DNA from: Sphaerochaeta sp. Phil3 | Lineage (GTDB): Bacteria; Spirochaetota; Spirochaetia; Sphaerochaetales; Sphaerochaetaceae | Assembly (NCBI GenBank): GCA_001940825.1 | Contig: MSGT01000061.1 | Location: 1,887-65,886 of the forward strand | DNA: 64,000 nt | Direction of reading: 5' to 3' | Part shown: positions 38,590 through 47,332 of the stretch, piece by piece | How positions within the stretch are numbered: position 1 is the stretch's first letter | How the letters are laid out: every line of letters begins with the position of its first letter | Notes under the pieces: generated by a model | Seen by the model: only the letters and a program-made list of their open reading frames with translations | What the model was told of the DNA's origin: nothing | The model's database searches: none | Program-made: the position numbers and the translations under genes

Positions 38590-39498
38590 ATGAAACCTTC
38601 ATTGCTGGTACTTGCCGCAGGAATGGGATCCCGCTATGGCGGAGTCAAGCAGCTGGACTCCGTTGGTGCACATGGGGAGACTCTTATAGACTACAGCGTC
38701 TACGATGCGCATAGAAGCGGATACGGAAAGGTCGTGTTCATAATACGCCCTGACATTGAGAAGGAATTTAGGGAAAGGCTTTTCGACAGGATTGCAAGAA
38801 ACATGGATGCAGAGTACGTGTTCCAGACGCATGACAGCCTGCTGACACCTGAGCAGATCGCAGCTTCCAAGGATAGGACCAAGCCTTGGGGTACCGTCCA
38901 TGCTGTGCTGTGTGCAAAGGACGTAATGAAGACTCCTTTCACAGTGATAAACTGCGACGACTACTATGGACGTGAGGCATACGAGACGCTTGGTGGCTAC
39001 CTTTCCAAGCTGGACAACGACAGCACAGAGCATGCAATGGTTGGATATCTTCTCAAGAACACCATGAGCCCTGCAGGAAGCGTCTCACGCGGTGTGTGCC
39101 AGGTGAAGGATGGGTACCTCCTGGGAATGAGGGAGAACACCAAGATAGAGTACGAAGGGGATAGGATAGTTTCCCATTTGCCTGAAGGCGATGTATATTT
39201 GACGGGAGAGGAGCAGGTCTCCATGAACTTCTTTGGATTCACTCCAAAGGTGTTCGAATACATGACCCAGTACTTCGAGGACTTCATCAAGGTGAACGCC
39301 ACGGAGCCAAAGGCGGAGGCCCTTCTTCCAAACTGCGCAGGTGAGATCGTATCCAAGGGGCTTGGAAGCCTTAGGGTGCTGTCATCTCATGACAAGTGGT
39401 TTGGAATGACCTACAAGGAAGACAGAGAGACCGTAAGGTTCAATCTGGCGGAGAAGACCAAGCAGGGTTTCTATCCTGAAATCCTGTGGGAGAAATAA
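38590..39498 (+). CDS. Sugar-phosphate nucleotidyltransferase family protein
   Basis: LAAGMGSRYGGVKQLD (GxGxR loop) at the N-terminus. ATG at 38590 after AAAGGAGA. Confidence 0.65.
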   Translation: MKPSLLVLAAGMGSRYGGVKQLDSVGAHGETLIDYSVYDAHRSGYGKVVFIIRPDIEKEFRERLFDRIARNMDAEYVFQTHDSLLTPEQIAASKDRTKPWGTVHAVLCAKDVMKTPFTVINCDDYYGREAYETLGGYLSKLDNDSTEHAMVGYLLKNTMSPAGSVSRGVCQVKDGYLLGMRENTKIEYEGDRIVSHLPEGDVYLTGEEQVSMNFFGFTPKVFEYMTQYFEDFIKVNATEPKAEALLPNCAGEIVSKGLGSLRVLSSHDKWFGMTYKEDRETVRFNLAEKTKQGFYPEILWEK

Positions 39499-39551
39499 TG
39501 AAACGATGGCGTGGATTCGTCCACTGCCGCCCTTTTTAGGAGGATATTCTT

Positions 39552-40574
39552 ATGAAGAGAGCATCTATTCTTATTGCTTTGCTTCTTGTTGTGGTTGCAG
39601 GCGCATTCGCCTTGGATGCCACAGTGACATGGTCCTGGTCGCAGAATGACCCCGACGTGAAGTATTTCCGCTATCAGCTCGATGGCGAAGAGGAAGACAA
39701 ATGGACTGTGGTCGATGCAGATGTCCTGAGCGCATCATATGACATTGACGTATCTGTCGAGCACATTCTGTACCTCCAGCAGTCATACGACGGTGCAAAC
39801 TGGAGTGCAAGCAGCCATACGGTATCCGCTGCCGTGGAGGATGAGTCTCTGCAGGCTGCCGCCGCTGAGGTTCCAGAAACGGCAGAGACCACAGAGGTTC
39901 CTGTCGAAGGCTCTGAACCTGCTGCTGAGCCGGCTGCAGAACCTGCTTCAGAGACAGGCGTGGAGGTCTCTGAGACTGCTTCTGAAACAAAGGATGAAGA
40001 AGTCCAGCCAGAGGCTCCTGTAGAGGGACCTGCCGTACAGGAATCTCCTGTTGCAGAAGTCTCCGCAGAAGAGGCTCCAAAGGCAGCCCCTGCAGTCTAT
40101 CCTGCAAAGTCCCGCATAGACCTTGGCGCTGTATATGGAAACACGATTCCTTTCGATGCCAATGCACATCTTGTTGGCGCATCCCTTGGATACACGTTCC
40201 TGTTTGGAAGAACCGGTTCGTTTGGGTTCGGTGCAAAGATCCAGGCTGCGGCATATACTGGTTTGGATACATTCAAAGACCTCAAGAACATAAGCATTGA
40301 AGCATTCAAGGGAACTTTGGATGTCATGCTCGTTGCAGACTATGCCGCATCTTCCTGGATGGACCTGTACCTTGGCGTAGGCGGAGAGGTTGCAGCACAG
40401 CTTAGCGCCCTCGAAAGCTACACCGCTGGTGTCGCGGCACAGCTTGGCGCACGTTTCAGACTTGGCAACGTGTTTGGCTTTGGCCTTGAAGTGACGGATT
40501 GCTATTCCCTGTACCCAGAGACGTCCAAGGGCAACGCCATAAACGCAAAGGCATACCTTTCGTTCGAGTTCTGA
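39552..40574 (+). CDS. Outer-membrane protein: N-terminal globular domain, acidic Pro/Glu/Ala linker, C-terminal beta-barrel-like domain
   Basis: Signal peptide MKRASILIALLLVVVAGAFA. The C-terminal half alternates Gly/aromatic residues and ends in YLSFEF (terminal Phe). Confidence 0.5.
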   Translation: MKRASILIALLLVVVAGAFALDATVTWSWSQNDPDVKYFRYQLDGEEEDKWTVVDADVLSASYDIDVSVEHILYLQQSYDGANWSASSHTVSAAVEDESLQAAAAEVPETAETTEVPVEGSEPAAEPAAEPASETGVEVSETASETKDEEVQPEAPVEGPAVQESPVAEVSAEEAPKAAPAVYPAKSRIDLGAVYGNTIPFDANAHLVGASLGYTFLFGRTGSFGFGAKIQAAAYTGLDTFKDLKNISIEAFKGTLDVMLVADYAASSWMDLYLGVGGEVAAQLSALESYTAGVAAQLGARFRLGNVFGFGLEVTDCYSLYPETSKGNAINAKAYLSFEF

Positions 40575-40592
40575 TTCTAAGGAAGGCATAGT

Positions 40593-40985
40593 ATGGCAGA
40601 CAAGGAAAAGAAGGGCTTCATCGAAGAGTTCAAGACCTTCATATCGCGCGGAAGCGTCATTGATATGGCTGTTGGCATCATCGTTGGCGGAATGTTCACC
40701 AATGTCGTGAATTCGTTCGTCAACGATATACTGAACCCTCTTCTTGGATTCCTGATTGGCAATATGGACTTCACGGATCTTAGAATCGTCCTCAAGGCCG
40801 CAACAGGCACGACCGCTGAGGTTGCAATCCGCTATGGATCCCTTCTTCAGGCAATCATCCAGTTCCTGCTCACGGCTCTTGTTCTGTTCTCCATCATAAG
40901 GGTCATGAACGACCTGAAGGATGCACAGGAGAAGGCCAAGAAGGCAAAGGAAGCTCAGAACATGCCTTGCGAGGAGACGAAATAG
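40593..40985 (+). CDS. mscL: Large-conductance mechanosensitive channel
   Basis: FKTFISRGSVIDMAVGIIVGGMFTNVVNSFVNDILNPLLG. Confidence 0.9.
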   Translation: MADKEKKGFIEEFKTFISRGSVIDMAVGIIVGGMFTNVVNSFVNDILNPLLGFLIGNMDFTDLRIVLKAATGTTAEVAIRYGSLLQAIIQFLLTALVLFSIIRVMNDLKDAQEKAKKAKEAQNMPCEETK

Positions 40986-41034
40986 CCTTTTGAACACAAT
41001 GCGAACCTAAGACCGATGTCTTTGGAAAGACGAA

Positions 41035-41081
41035 AACGCCCCTCAGGCAGTTGCTCATGAGGGGCGTTGCTTTATCGTTTT
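41035..41081. terminator. Bidirectional terminator between convergent mscL and rlmL
   Basis: AACGCCCCTCA (41035-41045), a 12-nt loop, TGAGGGGCGTT (41058-41068), then a T-rich tail. An A-run lies upstream. Confidence 0.55.
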
Positions 41082-41098
41082 ATGTCTTGATGCAGCGG

Positions 41099-43354
41099 TC
41101 AGAACTTCCTGACCGCCTTTCTTATAAGGACCGTCTTTTTCGTTGGCTCTATGTACTGTGCCTGAGCTGTTCTGTGACGTATAAGGTAGCACTGGTGGAT
41201 CTTGCTGTTGCGCTTGAAGTCATCGCCAATCGTGCTGTCCGTGATGTCCTCCACTATGAAGTCCTCGAATATCTCCCCAAACATCTTGAAGCGGGTGTAG
41301 TTTGTGGAGAAGATGAGTGTGCCGCCGTTTGCCAAGTGCTTCATGCAGCAGCGGATGAGATATCCATGGTCGCGCTGTACGTCAAAGCTTCCTCGTCCCT
41401 TGCTGTTGGAGAATGTTGGAGGATCGCAGAAGATGAGGTCGAACACATCTCTGTTCTCTCTGAGGAATGCAAGGCAGTCGTCCCTGTAGAAGAAGTGGTT
41501 CATCGTATTGAAGCCGTTTGCCTGCATGTTGCGCATGGCCCAGTCAAGGTAGTTGGCGTTGGTATCCACACTTACCGTTGACAGTGCGCCGCCTGCTGCT
41601 GCGTACACAGTGGCAGTTGCGGTGTAGCAGAAGAGGTTGAGGAACCTCTTGTCACGGCTCATTCCTTCAATCATCTTCCTTACAGGTCTATGGTCAAGGA
41701 ATATCCCCGTATCGAGGTAGTCTGCAAAGTTGACGAAGAACTTGTGTCCGTTCTCGTTGGCTATCATGTAGTGGGAGCTTGAGCTGCGTCTCATATACTG
41801 GTTCGCGCCTTTTTGGATCTCCCTGCGTTTGACATAGATGTTCTCGTAGTCTATTCCTGTTACTCTTTCGGTTGCAAGAATGAGCTCTTCGAGCCTCCTC
41901 TGTGCATCCTCTGGATCTATGGAGCTTGGTGCCGCATATTCCTGAAGGTTTATCCATTTGCCTTCATAGACGTCTATGGCTGCGCTGTATTCAGGCATGT
42001 CTGCATCGTAGAGACGGTAGGATGTGACCCCTTGTCTCTTCATCTCTTCGCCAATGGTGGCAAGGTTCTTCTTCAGACGGTTGGCAGCCATCTGCGCCCC
42101 AGGGGAGAGGGGTTGTGCAAGCCTTTGGGCCTTCCGTTCCTTGGCCTTCTCCTCCATGTTCCTGCGTTCCTCTTCGCTGAAGATGTAGTAGTGGGCCGCT
42201 TGGCACTCTATGCCGCCGTTGAAGAGCGTGTTTGTTCTGTTTGGCTTTAGGTCTATGAAGCTCAAGAGCTCGCTGTTGCCGCATAGGATTGCTATGGACC
42301 AGCCTGAGAACACCTGGCATATAACCTCTCCCATCTTCGTGTAGAGCCTTCTTATGGCAGCCGATCCGCTGTCAAGCCTTACTCCGTAAGGTGGGTCCGT
42401 CACGATATAGCCTGTCTGGGATGGGACGTCTTCTCGAGTGGTCTTGGTGAAGTCCCTGACTTCGAACTCGACCATGTCCGTCACGTCAGCCGCAAATGCG
42501 TTGGAGTTGGAGATCTCGACTGCACGGGGGTCTATATCCCAACCTATGATCCTACATTTGCACTCTTTCTGTGCATCTTGGGCCTCTGTTTTGACCTTCT
42601 CCCAAAGTTCTGGTTTGTGTATTGGAAGCTTTGTGAACGCAAAGGAATCGGCCTTGAGGAGTCCTGGTGCGGTGTTGGAGGCCATGAGTGCAGCTTCTAT
42701 GCATATCGTTCCGCTGCCGCAGAACGGGTCAAGCAACGTTGGAGCCTCCACGCTCTCGTCATCGAACGAGGCCCTGAGATTCTTGTACCAGTCGCTGCGG
42801 TAGAGAAGGGAGGCTGCCATGAACTCTCCCATTACGGCCTGCGTCTGGGATGTCCTGTAGCCGCGGTGCGAGAGGTCCCGTCCTGCAAAGTCAACGTACC
42901 AGCTTACAAGATTGCGGTTCACGTGGAGGTGGAATACTATGTCCGGATTGTCCCTGTCAACGGACGGACGCTCCCCGTCGTAGTTGTCCCTGCATCTTTC
43001 GACGATTGCATCCTTGAGCCTGAGCGAGGCGAAGTGGCTGTTTCGTATCCAGCGGCAGTCCGATACGGTCTCCGTTATGGCGAACGTCTTTTCAGGGCTG
43101 AGCCAGTTCTCCCATGGAAGGGTTTTGGAATGCTCATAGAGTTCGTCCGTGGATTCCAGTTTGTCATAGCGGTGGATGAGTACCAAAAGCCTTGTTGCGC
43201 TTCTCGTCCACATACTGAAGCGATATGCCGTCTCAAGGTCTGCTGAGAACTCCACGCCACCTGAGCTTACGTTGGTGTCGGTGGCTCCTGCTTCTATGGC
43301 TTCTCTCTCTACGAGGTCGTTCTGGTTTGCCGATGCCGATGCAAAGAAAATCAT
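41099..43354 (-). CDS. rlmL: Bifunctional 23S rRNA methyltransferase RlmKL (THUMP + two SAM-MTase domains)
   Basis: 751 aa. VTDPPYGVRL in the N-terminal MTase and FCDPPTFSNSK in the C-terminal MTase. Confidence 0.85.
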   Translation of the reverse strand: MIFFASASANQNDLVEREAIEAGATDTNVSSGGVEFSADLETAYRFSMWTRSATRLLVLIHRYDKLESTDELYEHSKTLPWENWLSPEKTFAITETVSDCRWIRNSHFASLRLKDAIVERCRDNYDGERPSVDRDNPDIVFHLHVNRNLVSWYVDFAGRDLSHRGYRTSQTQAVMGEFMAASLLYRSDWYKNLRASFDDESVEAPTLLDPFCGSGTICIEAALMASNTAPGLLKADSFAFTKLPIHKPELWEKVKTEAQDAQKECKCRIIGWDIDPRAVEISNSNAFAADVTDMVEFEVRDFTKTTREDVPSQTGYIVTDPPYGVRLDSGSAAIRRLYTKMGEVICQVFSGWSIAILCGNSELLSFIDLKPNRTNTLFNGGIECQAAHYYIFSEEERRNMEEKAKERKAQRLAQPLSPGAQMAANRLKKNLATIGEEMKRQGVTSYRLYDADMPEYSAAIDVYEGKWINLQEYAAPSSIDPEDAQRRLEELILATERVTGIDYENIYVKRREIQKGANQYMRRSSSSHYMIANENGHKFFVNFADYLDTGIFLDHRPVRKMIEGMSRDKRFLNLFCYTATATVYAAAGGALSTVSVDTNANYLDWAMRNMQANGFNTMNHFFYRDDCLAFLRENRDVFDLIFCDPPTFSNSKGRGSFDVQRDHGYLIRCCMKHLANGGTLIFSTNYTRFKMFGEIFEDFIVEDITDSTIGDDFKRNSKIHQCYLIRHRTAQAQYIEPTKKTVLIRKAVRKF

Positions 43355-43397
43355 ATATGTCTCCTGTGTTGTTTCTTTGGGTTCACTTCTCGTGGGT

Positions 43398-44333
43398 TTA
43401 CTTTTCGGTGGAATCGAAGATGCGCTTCACTTCCTCTTCGTCGAAGCCGTATGTAGTGCCGCAGTTGAAGCACTGAAGCTCCAATGGGAACTTCCCTGCT
43501 TGGAGTATGGCCTTCTTCTCCTCAAGTGGAAGCCTTGAAAGGAACGTTGCAAAGTTATCCCTGTTGCATGGGCATGAGAACGCCACAGGCTCGCTTGCAA
43601 GGTTCTGTATGCCGTAGTCTGCAAACACGCTTGTGCAGTAGTCCTGGACGGTCTGGCCGTTTGCAAGCGCCTTTGCTATGGATGGAAGGCTTGCACTCTT
43701 TGCCTGAAGTTCGTCCAATATCTTCTCGTCACATCCCGGCATTGCCTGCAGAAACAGCCCACCGGCTCCCATGACCCTGCCTTCCTTGTCGAAGTGAATG
43801 CCAAGTGAGAACATGGTTGGAGTCTGTTCGCTTTCGTTGTAGTAGAGGGCAAGATCCTTTGCAAGGTCTCCGTACTGCATCATGGTCTGTCCCGTGAATG
43901 GGGTCTTTGAGCCTTCGAGTATCTTGGATACGCTTATGAAGCCTGGACCGTAGAGCAGGGATAGGTCTGCGCTTTCAAGTGGTTTTTCTATGTGTATTGG
44001 GTTGTTCTTGAGGTAGCCCCTCACGGCTCCGCACGCCCAGGATTCCACGTATACGCCGCCTATTGGGCCTCCGCATTCGACTGAAAGTTGAATCCTGTCG
44101 TTTCCCTTCACGGACGATGCCATAAGCCCTGCGGCTATGTAGGCCTGACCCAGAACTAGAGTCTCCAATATACCAAGGCCGTGGTTTGCGCGCATCTGGT
44201 TCACCATAGTGGTTCCGCCTAAGCCTGTAAGACGGATCTGGCCATCAGCGAGCAACATTACCTGCCTGCCATCTTCAGCTATCTTGCTCAGGTGTTCTGC
44301 AAGAAGCTGGTCTTCAATATGTTTTTTTATCAT
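43398..44333 (-). CDS. hslO: Redox-regulated chaperone Hsp33
   Basis: C-terminal zinc centre CPCNRDNF...CFNCGTTY. Confidence 0.9.
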   Translation of the reverse strand: MIKKHIEDQLLAEHLSKIAEDGRQVMLLADGQIRLTGLGGTTMVNQMRANHGLGILETLVLGQAYIAAGLMASSVKGNDRIQLSVECGGPIGGVYVESWACGAVRGYLKNNPIHIEKPLESADLSLLYGPGFISVSKILEGSKTPFTGQTMMQYGDLAKDLALYYNESEQTPTMFSLGIHFDKEGRVMGAGGLFLQAMPGCDEKILDELQAKSASLPSIAKALANGQTVQDYCTSVFADYGIQNLASEPVAFSCPCNRDNFATFLSRLPLEEKKAILQAGKFPLELQCFNCGTTYGFDEEEVKRIFDSTEK

Positions 44334-44381
44334 TGTGCCTTATAGACTATTGCAACGAGTTGTTTTGTTCAAGGTGTGCGG

Positions 44382-44499
44382 TTATGGCTACGGGGCGCAT
44401 GGAGCCTTATGGGCTGGATGGGGCTTATGGGGTTTATGGGATGCACGGGCCTTATGGGGCTTACGGGTCTCATGGGACGCACGGAATGCGCACGGATTC
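44382..44499. repeat. Degenerate 9-bp tandem repeat array, consensus TATGGGGCT (YAYGGGNYN), about 12 units
   Basis: Eight units are in perfect 9-bp register at 44417-44488: GATGGGGCT TATGGGGTT TATGGGATG CACGGGCCT TATGGGGCT TACGGGTCT CATGGGACG CACGGAATG. They are flanked by out-of-phase degenerate copies. Confidence 0.85.
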
Positions 44500-44519
44500 T
44501 GTTGTGGCTTGGTGGGTTT

Positions 44520-45890
44520 ATGGATATAATCCAACGTATGAAGGGCATACCGTTCGAAAAGACGCAGCAGACGATAAAACGCAAGTGGAAGATCCTTGAA
44601 GGAAAGGAGCGTCCGTTCGTGCTTGCAGGTCTTGCAATAGTCTATATAATGCTCCTGTCGTTGGTGTTCGTCCTTCATGGAAGCTTCCTTGAAAAGCTTA
44701 CGCTTGAAATGAAGTTCGAGTCCGAAAAATCGTTCAACTCGATATACCTTGCACTTTCAGACGGCACGTCAAAGGCCATGGCGGCGATGCAGGACGAAGG
44801 GGTGTCAGGAATTGGGATATACTCCTCAAACGGACAGGTCTACACCAAGCTTGGAGATGCCCCGTCCACGATTCCATTGTCAAAGCTCGTGAGGGCGCGT
44901 CAACGGAACCAGGATTCTACTTTGGGGATATATCTAATGGATGACGAGACGAAGGAGATCGAATACTTCAGACTCTCCCGGTTGAACGTTGCGCTTGAGG
45001 CCGGAGGCATAAGCATATCCCAGGATGGGACTGTCAAGATACCCTACGATTTCCCTGAGATAATCTATGTGCGTTTCGATGGCAAGTCATACTACTCAGG
45101 TGTCAGATGGGTCAATATCATAACAATAGCCTCCATTGTGCTGATCACATTGTTTTTTGCGCTTATACTCAATATGTACAGCACCAACAGGCGCTATAGG
45201 ATTGAGCTTCAGAAGAACGAGGGGCTTGCGAAGCTTGGGGCTGCGGCGCGCACACTCACGCATGAGATAAAGAATCCGCTGAGCGCAATGACTATCCAGA
45301 GCGCGCTTTTGAAGAAGCTACTTCCTCCTGAATACCATGACGATCTCAAGGTGATGGACAATGAGATCCAGCGTCTTACGAACCTTACCAACAAGGTGAG
45401 CGACTTTCTCAAGAACCCTGTGGGGAATCCTGTCGATATAGAGCTCGTGGGGTTCATCTCCAACATAGCAGGCCTGTTCGCGACGCCAATTGAGATGGCT
45501 GTTGGCGATAATATCGGTCTTGAACGTGGGGTTTATGTGTATTTTGACGAGGATAGGGCCAGATCCGTTTTCGAAAACCTTATAAAGAATGCAACGGAGA
45601 GCACGAAGGAGAGGGACCCTCAGGTTTGCGTGGAGATTCGCAGGGGGCGTAGGGACACCGTGGTGGTCAAGGTGATGGACCGCGGCGACGGTCTTCCCAA
45701 GGAGACGAAGGACAAGATATTCGACCCGTTCTTCACTACCAAGATATATGGGTCCGGCATTGGGCTTTCCATTTCGCGTGAGTTCGTGGATGCCGTAGGC
45801 GGCACGCTCAAGCTATACAACAGGGACGGAGGCGGCACTGTGGCGGAAGTCGTGCTTCCTTGCCTGAAACACAACGAGGTGCATGCATGA
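44520..45890 (+). CDS. Sensor histidine kinase (NtrB/AtoS-like)
   Basis: H-box LTHEIKNPLSAM and G-boxes DRGDGLP / GSGIGLS, with two TM segments. The start is set at MDIIQRM (44520) to exclude the repeat array (alternative 44538). Confidence 0.75.
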   Translation: MDIIQRMKGIPFEKTQQTIKRKWKILEGKERPFVLAGLAIVYIMLLSLVFVLHGSFLEKLTLEMKFESEKSFNSIYLALSDGTSKAMAAMQDEGVSGIGIYSSNGQVYTKLGDAPSTIPLSKLVRARQRNQDSTLGIYLMDDETKEIEYFRLSRLNVALEAGGISISQDGTVKIPYDFPEIIYVRFDGKSYYSGVRWVNIITIASIVLITLFFALILNMYSTNRRYRIELQKNEGLAKLGAAARTLTHEIKNPLSAMTIQSALLKKLLPPEYHDDLKVMDNEIQRLTNLTNKVSDFLKNPVGNPVDIELVGFISNIAGLFATPIEMAVGDNIGLERGVYVYFDEDRARSVFENLIKNATESTKERDPQVCVEIRRGRRDTVVVKVMDRGDGLPKETKDKIFDPFFTTKIYGSGIGLSISREFVDAVGGTLKLYNRDGGGTVAEVVLPCLKHNEVHA

Positions 45891-47242
45891 ATATTCTCAT
45901 CGTAGACGACGAGACCAACATAAGGGACCTTATGGTCCGATACCTCAAGACCGATGGCATTGAGGGCGAGGGTGCTGAGAACGCATACTCGGCCCAGAGA
46001 CTGCTTAGCCAGAAGCCGTTCGACGGATGCCTCATAGACCTTCGCATGCCCGGCATGGATGGTCTTGAACTCATACGCTGGATACGGCAGGAAGGCTTTA
46101 GGATGCCAATCGTCATGGTGAGCGCCCATGGGGAGATAACAGACGCCGTAGAGGCTCTCAAACACGGTGCGCAGGACTATATAGTGAAGCCTTTCAATCC
46201 TGAGGAGGTGGTCATAAAGCTCAAGAGGCTTGTGGAGGCTCAGAACTTCAGGAACATCCAGGAGACGGAGGAGCGGCTGCCTCAGGACCATGCGTTCATT
46301 GGCGAGAGCGTTCAGATCCAGCGCATAAAGAGCATGATTTCAAGGATAGCCCTCACGAACTCAAGTGTCCTGGTGACAGGTGAAAGCGGTACTGGAAAGG
46401 AGGTCATCGCCCGCACGATACACGAGCAGAGCCCCCTTTCCGCAGGGCCGTTCGTTGCCATAAACATTGGAGGTGTGCCTGAAAACCTCCTTGAGAGCGA
46501 ACTCTTTGGCTATGAGAAGGGTGCTTTCACTGGAGCCGTGTCACGCAAGACGGGCATGTTCGAGCTTGCCAGCGGAGGCACCCTGTTCCTGGACGAGATA
46601 GGGGAGATGCCGTCTTCTTTGCAGGTCAAGATCCTGCGTGTGCTTCAGGAGCGCACTATAACAAGGCTTGGCGGCACGCAGCCCATTCCAATAAACGCAC
46701 GCATAGTATGCGCCACCAACCGCAACCTTGAGGACATGGTGCGCGAGGGGTCGTTCAGGGAAGACCTGTTCTATAGGCTCAACGTCGTGCGCATCCATGT
46801 TCCGCCTCTTAGGGAACGCAAGGAGGACATACCTCTTTTGGTTTCGTGGATATTGAAGAAGTTGAACTCAAGGATGGGACGGCAGTTCACGGGGCTTACC
46901 CCTGAGGCTATGGAGAAGCTTAAGGAGTATAGGTTCCATGGAAACATAAGGGAGCTTGAGAACATCCTTGAGAGGGCCGCCATATTCACTGACGGCAGCA
47001 TAATTGGTGAGGATGAGTTGGACCTGAGAGCCAATGAGCTTGAACCTTCTTTTGGAGAAGAGACTTCTTGTGGTGGCCTAGCGTTTGGAGATGAGGCTGT
47101 TTCGTTGAAGGATATTGAGAAGCAGGCCATTGAAAGGGCTCTGCGCCGTTGGGAGGGGAACCGCACCAAGGCGGCTGATGAGCTTGGTATCACAAGACGT
47201 ACCCTCATAAACAAGATTGCCGAGTTTGGGCTTGATGTTTGA
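45887..47242 (+). CDS. Sigma-54-dependent response regulator (NtrC/AtoC family)
   Basis: Receiver domain (ILIVDDE...DLRMPGMDG), AAA+ domain with GESGTGKE and [13 protein letters not shown] (GAFTGA loop), and a C-terminal Fis-type HTH. ATGA overlap with the kinase. Confidence 0.9.
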   Translation: MNILIVDDETNIRDLMVRYLKTDGIEGEGAENAYSAQRLLSQKPFDGCLIDLRMPGMDGLELIRWIRQEGFRMPIVMVSAHGEITDAVEALKHGAQDYIVKPFNPEEVVIKLKRLVEAQNFRNIQETEERLPQDHAFIGESVQIQRIKSMISRIALTNSSVLVTGESGTGKEVIARTIHEQSPLSAGPFVAINIGGVPENLLESELFGYEKGAFTGAVSRKTGMFELASGGTLFLDEIGEMPSSLQVKILRVLQERTITRLGGTQPIPINARIVCATNRNLEDMVREGSFREDLFYRLNVVRIHVPPLRERKEDIPLLVSWILKKLNSRMGRQFTGLTPEAMEKLKEYRFHGNIRELENILERAAIFTDGSIIGEDELDLRANELEPSFGEETSCGGLAFGDEAVSLKDIEKQAIERALRRWEGNRTKAADELGITRRTLINKIAEFGLDV

Positions 47243-47332
47243 GTTTTATATTCGATGTGTGCTGCGGGTTTGGCGGATTCAAGAGGCTTTGCCTTTGAAT
47301 GTGTTGGCATTTCGTGGCAAGTGGAGGATTTC

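Noticed and set aside
39571-40997. Long minus-strand ORFs (233 aa and 349 aa) opposite the OMP and mscL genes
   Set aside because: They are opened by the biased Pro/Glu/Ala linker DNA. Their products are low-complexity Q/R/L/P strings, and mscL and the OMP on the plus strand have signal/TM features and SD sites.
44382-44499. Possibility that the short tandem repeats are a CRISPR array
   Set aside because: The units are contiguous 9-mers without spacers, and no cas genes are nearby.
44376-44519. N-terminal extension of the histidine kinase reading (GLM/GFM/GCT)n, i.e. a collagen-like GXY run
   Set aside because: It is a by-product of the 9-bp repeat being a multiple of 3. All three frames and the reverse strand stay open and repetitive here. 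A normal start with a downstream TM segment exists at 44520.
47305-47320. Sigma-54 promoter-like TGGCAT-N-TGGCA upstream of the M3 peptidase, right after the sigma-54 activator gene
   Set aside because: The GG-to-GC spacing is 10 nt, not the invariant 11 nt of the -24/-12 consensus (TGGCAC-N5-TTGC). The -12 element reads TGGCA, not TTGCA.
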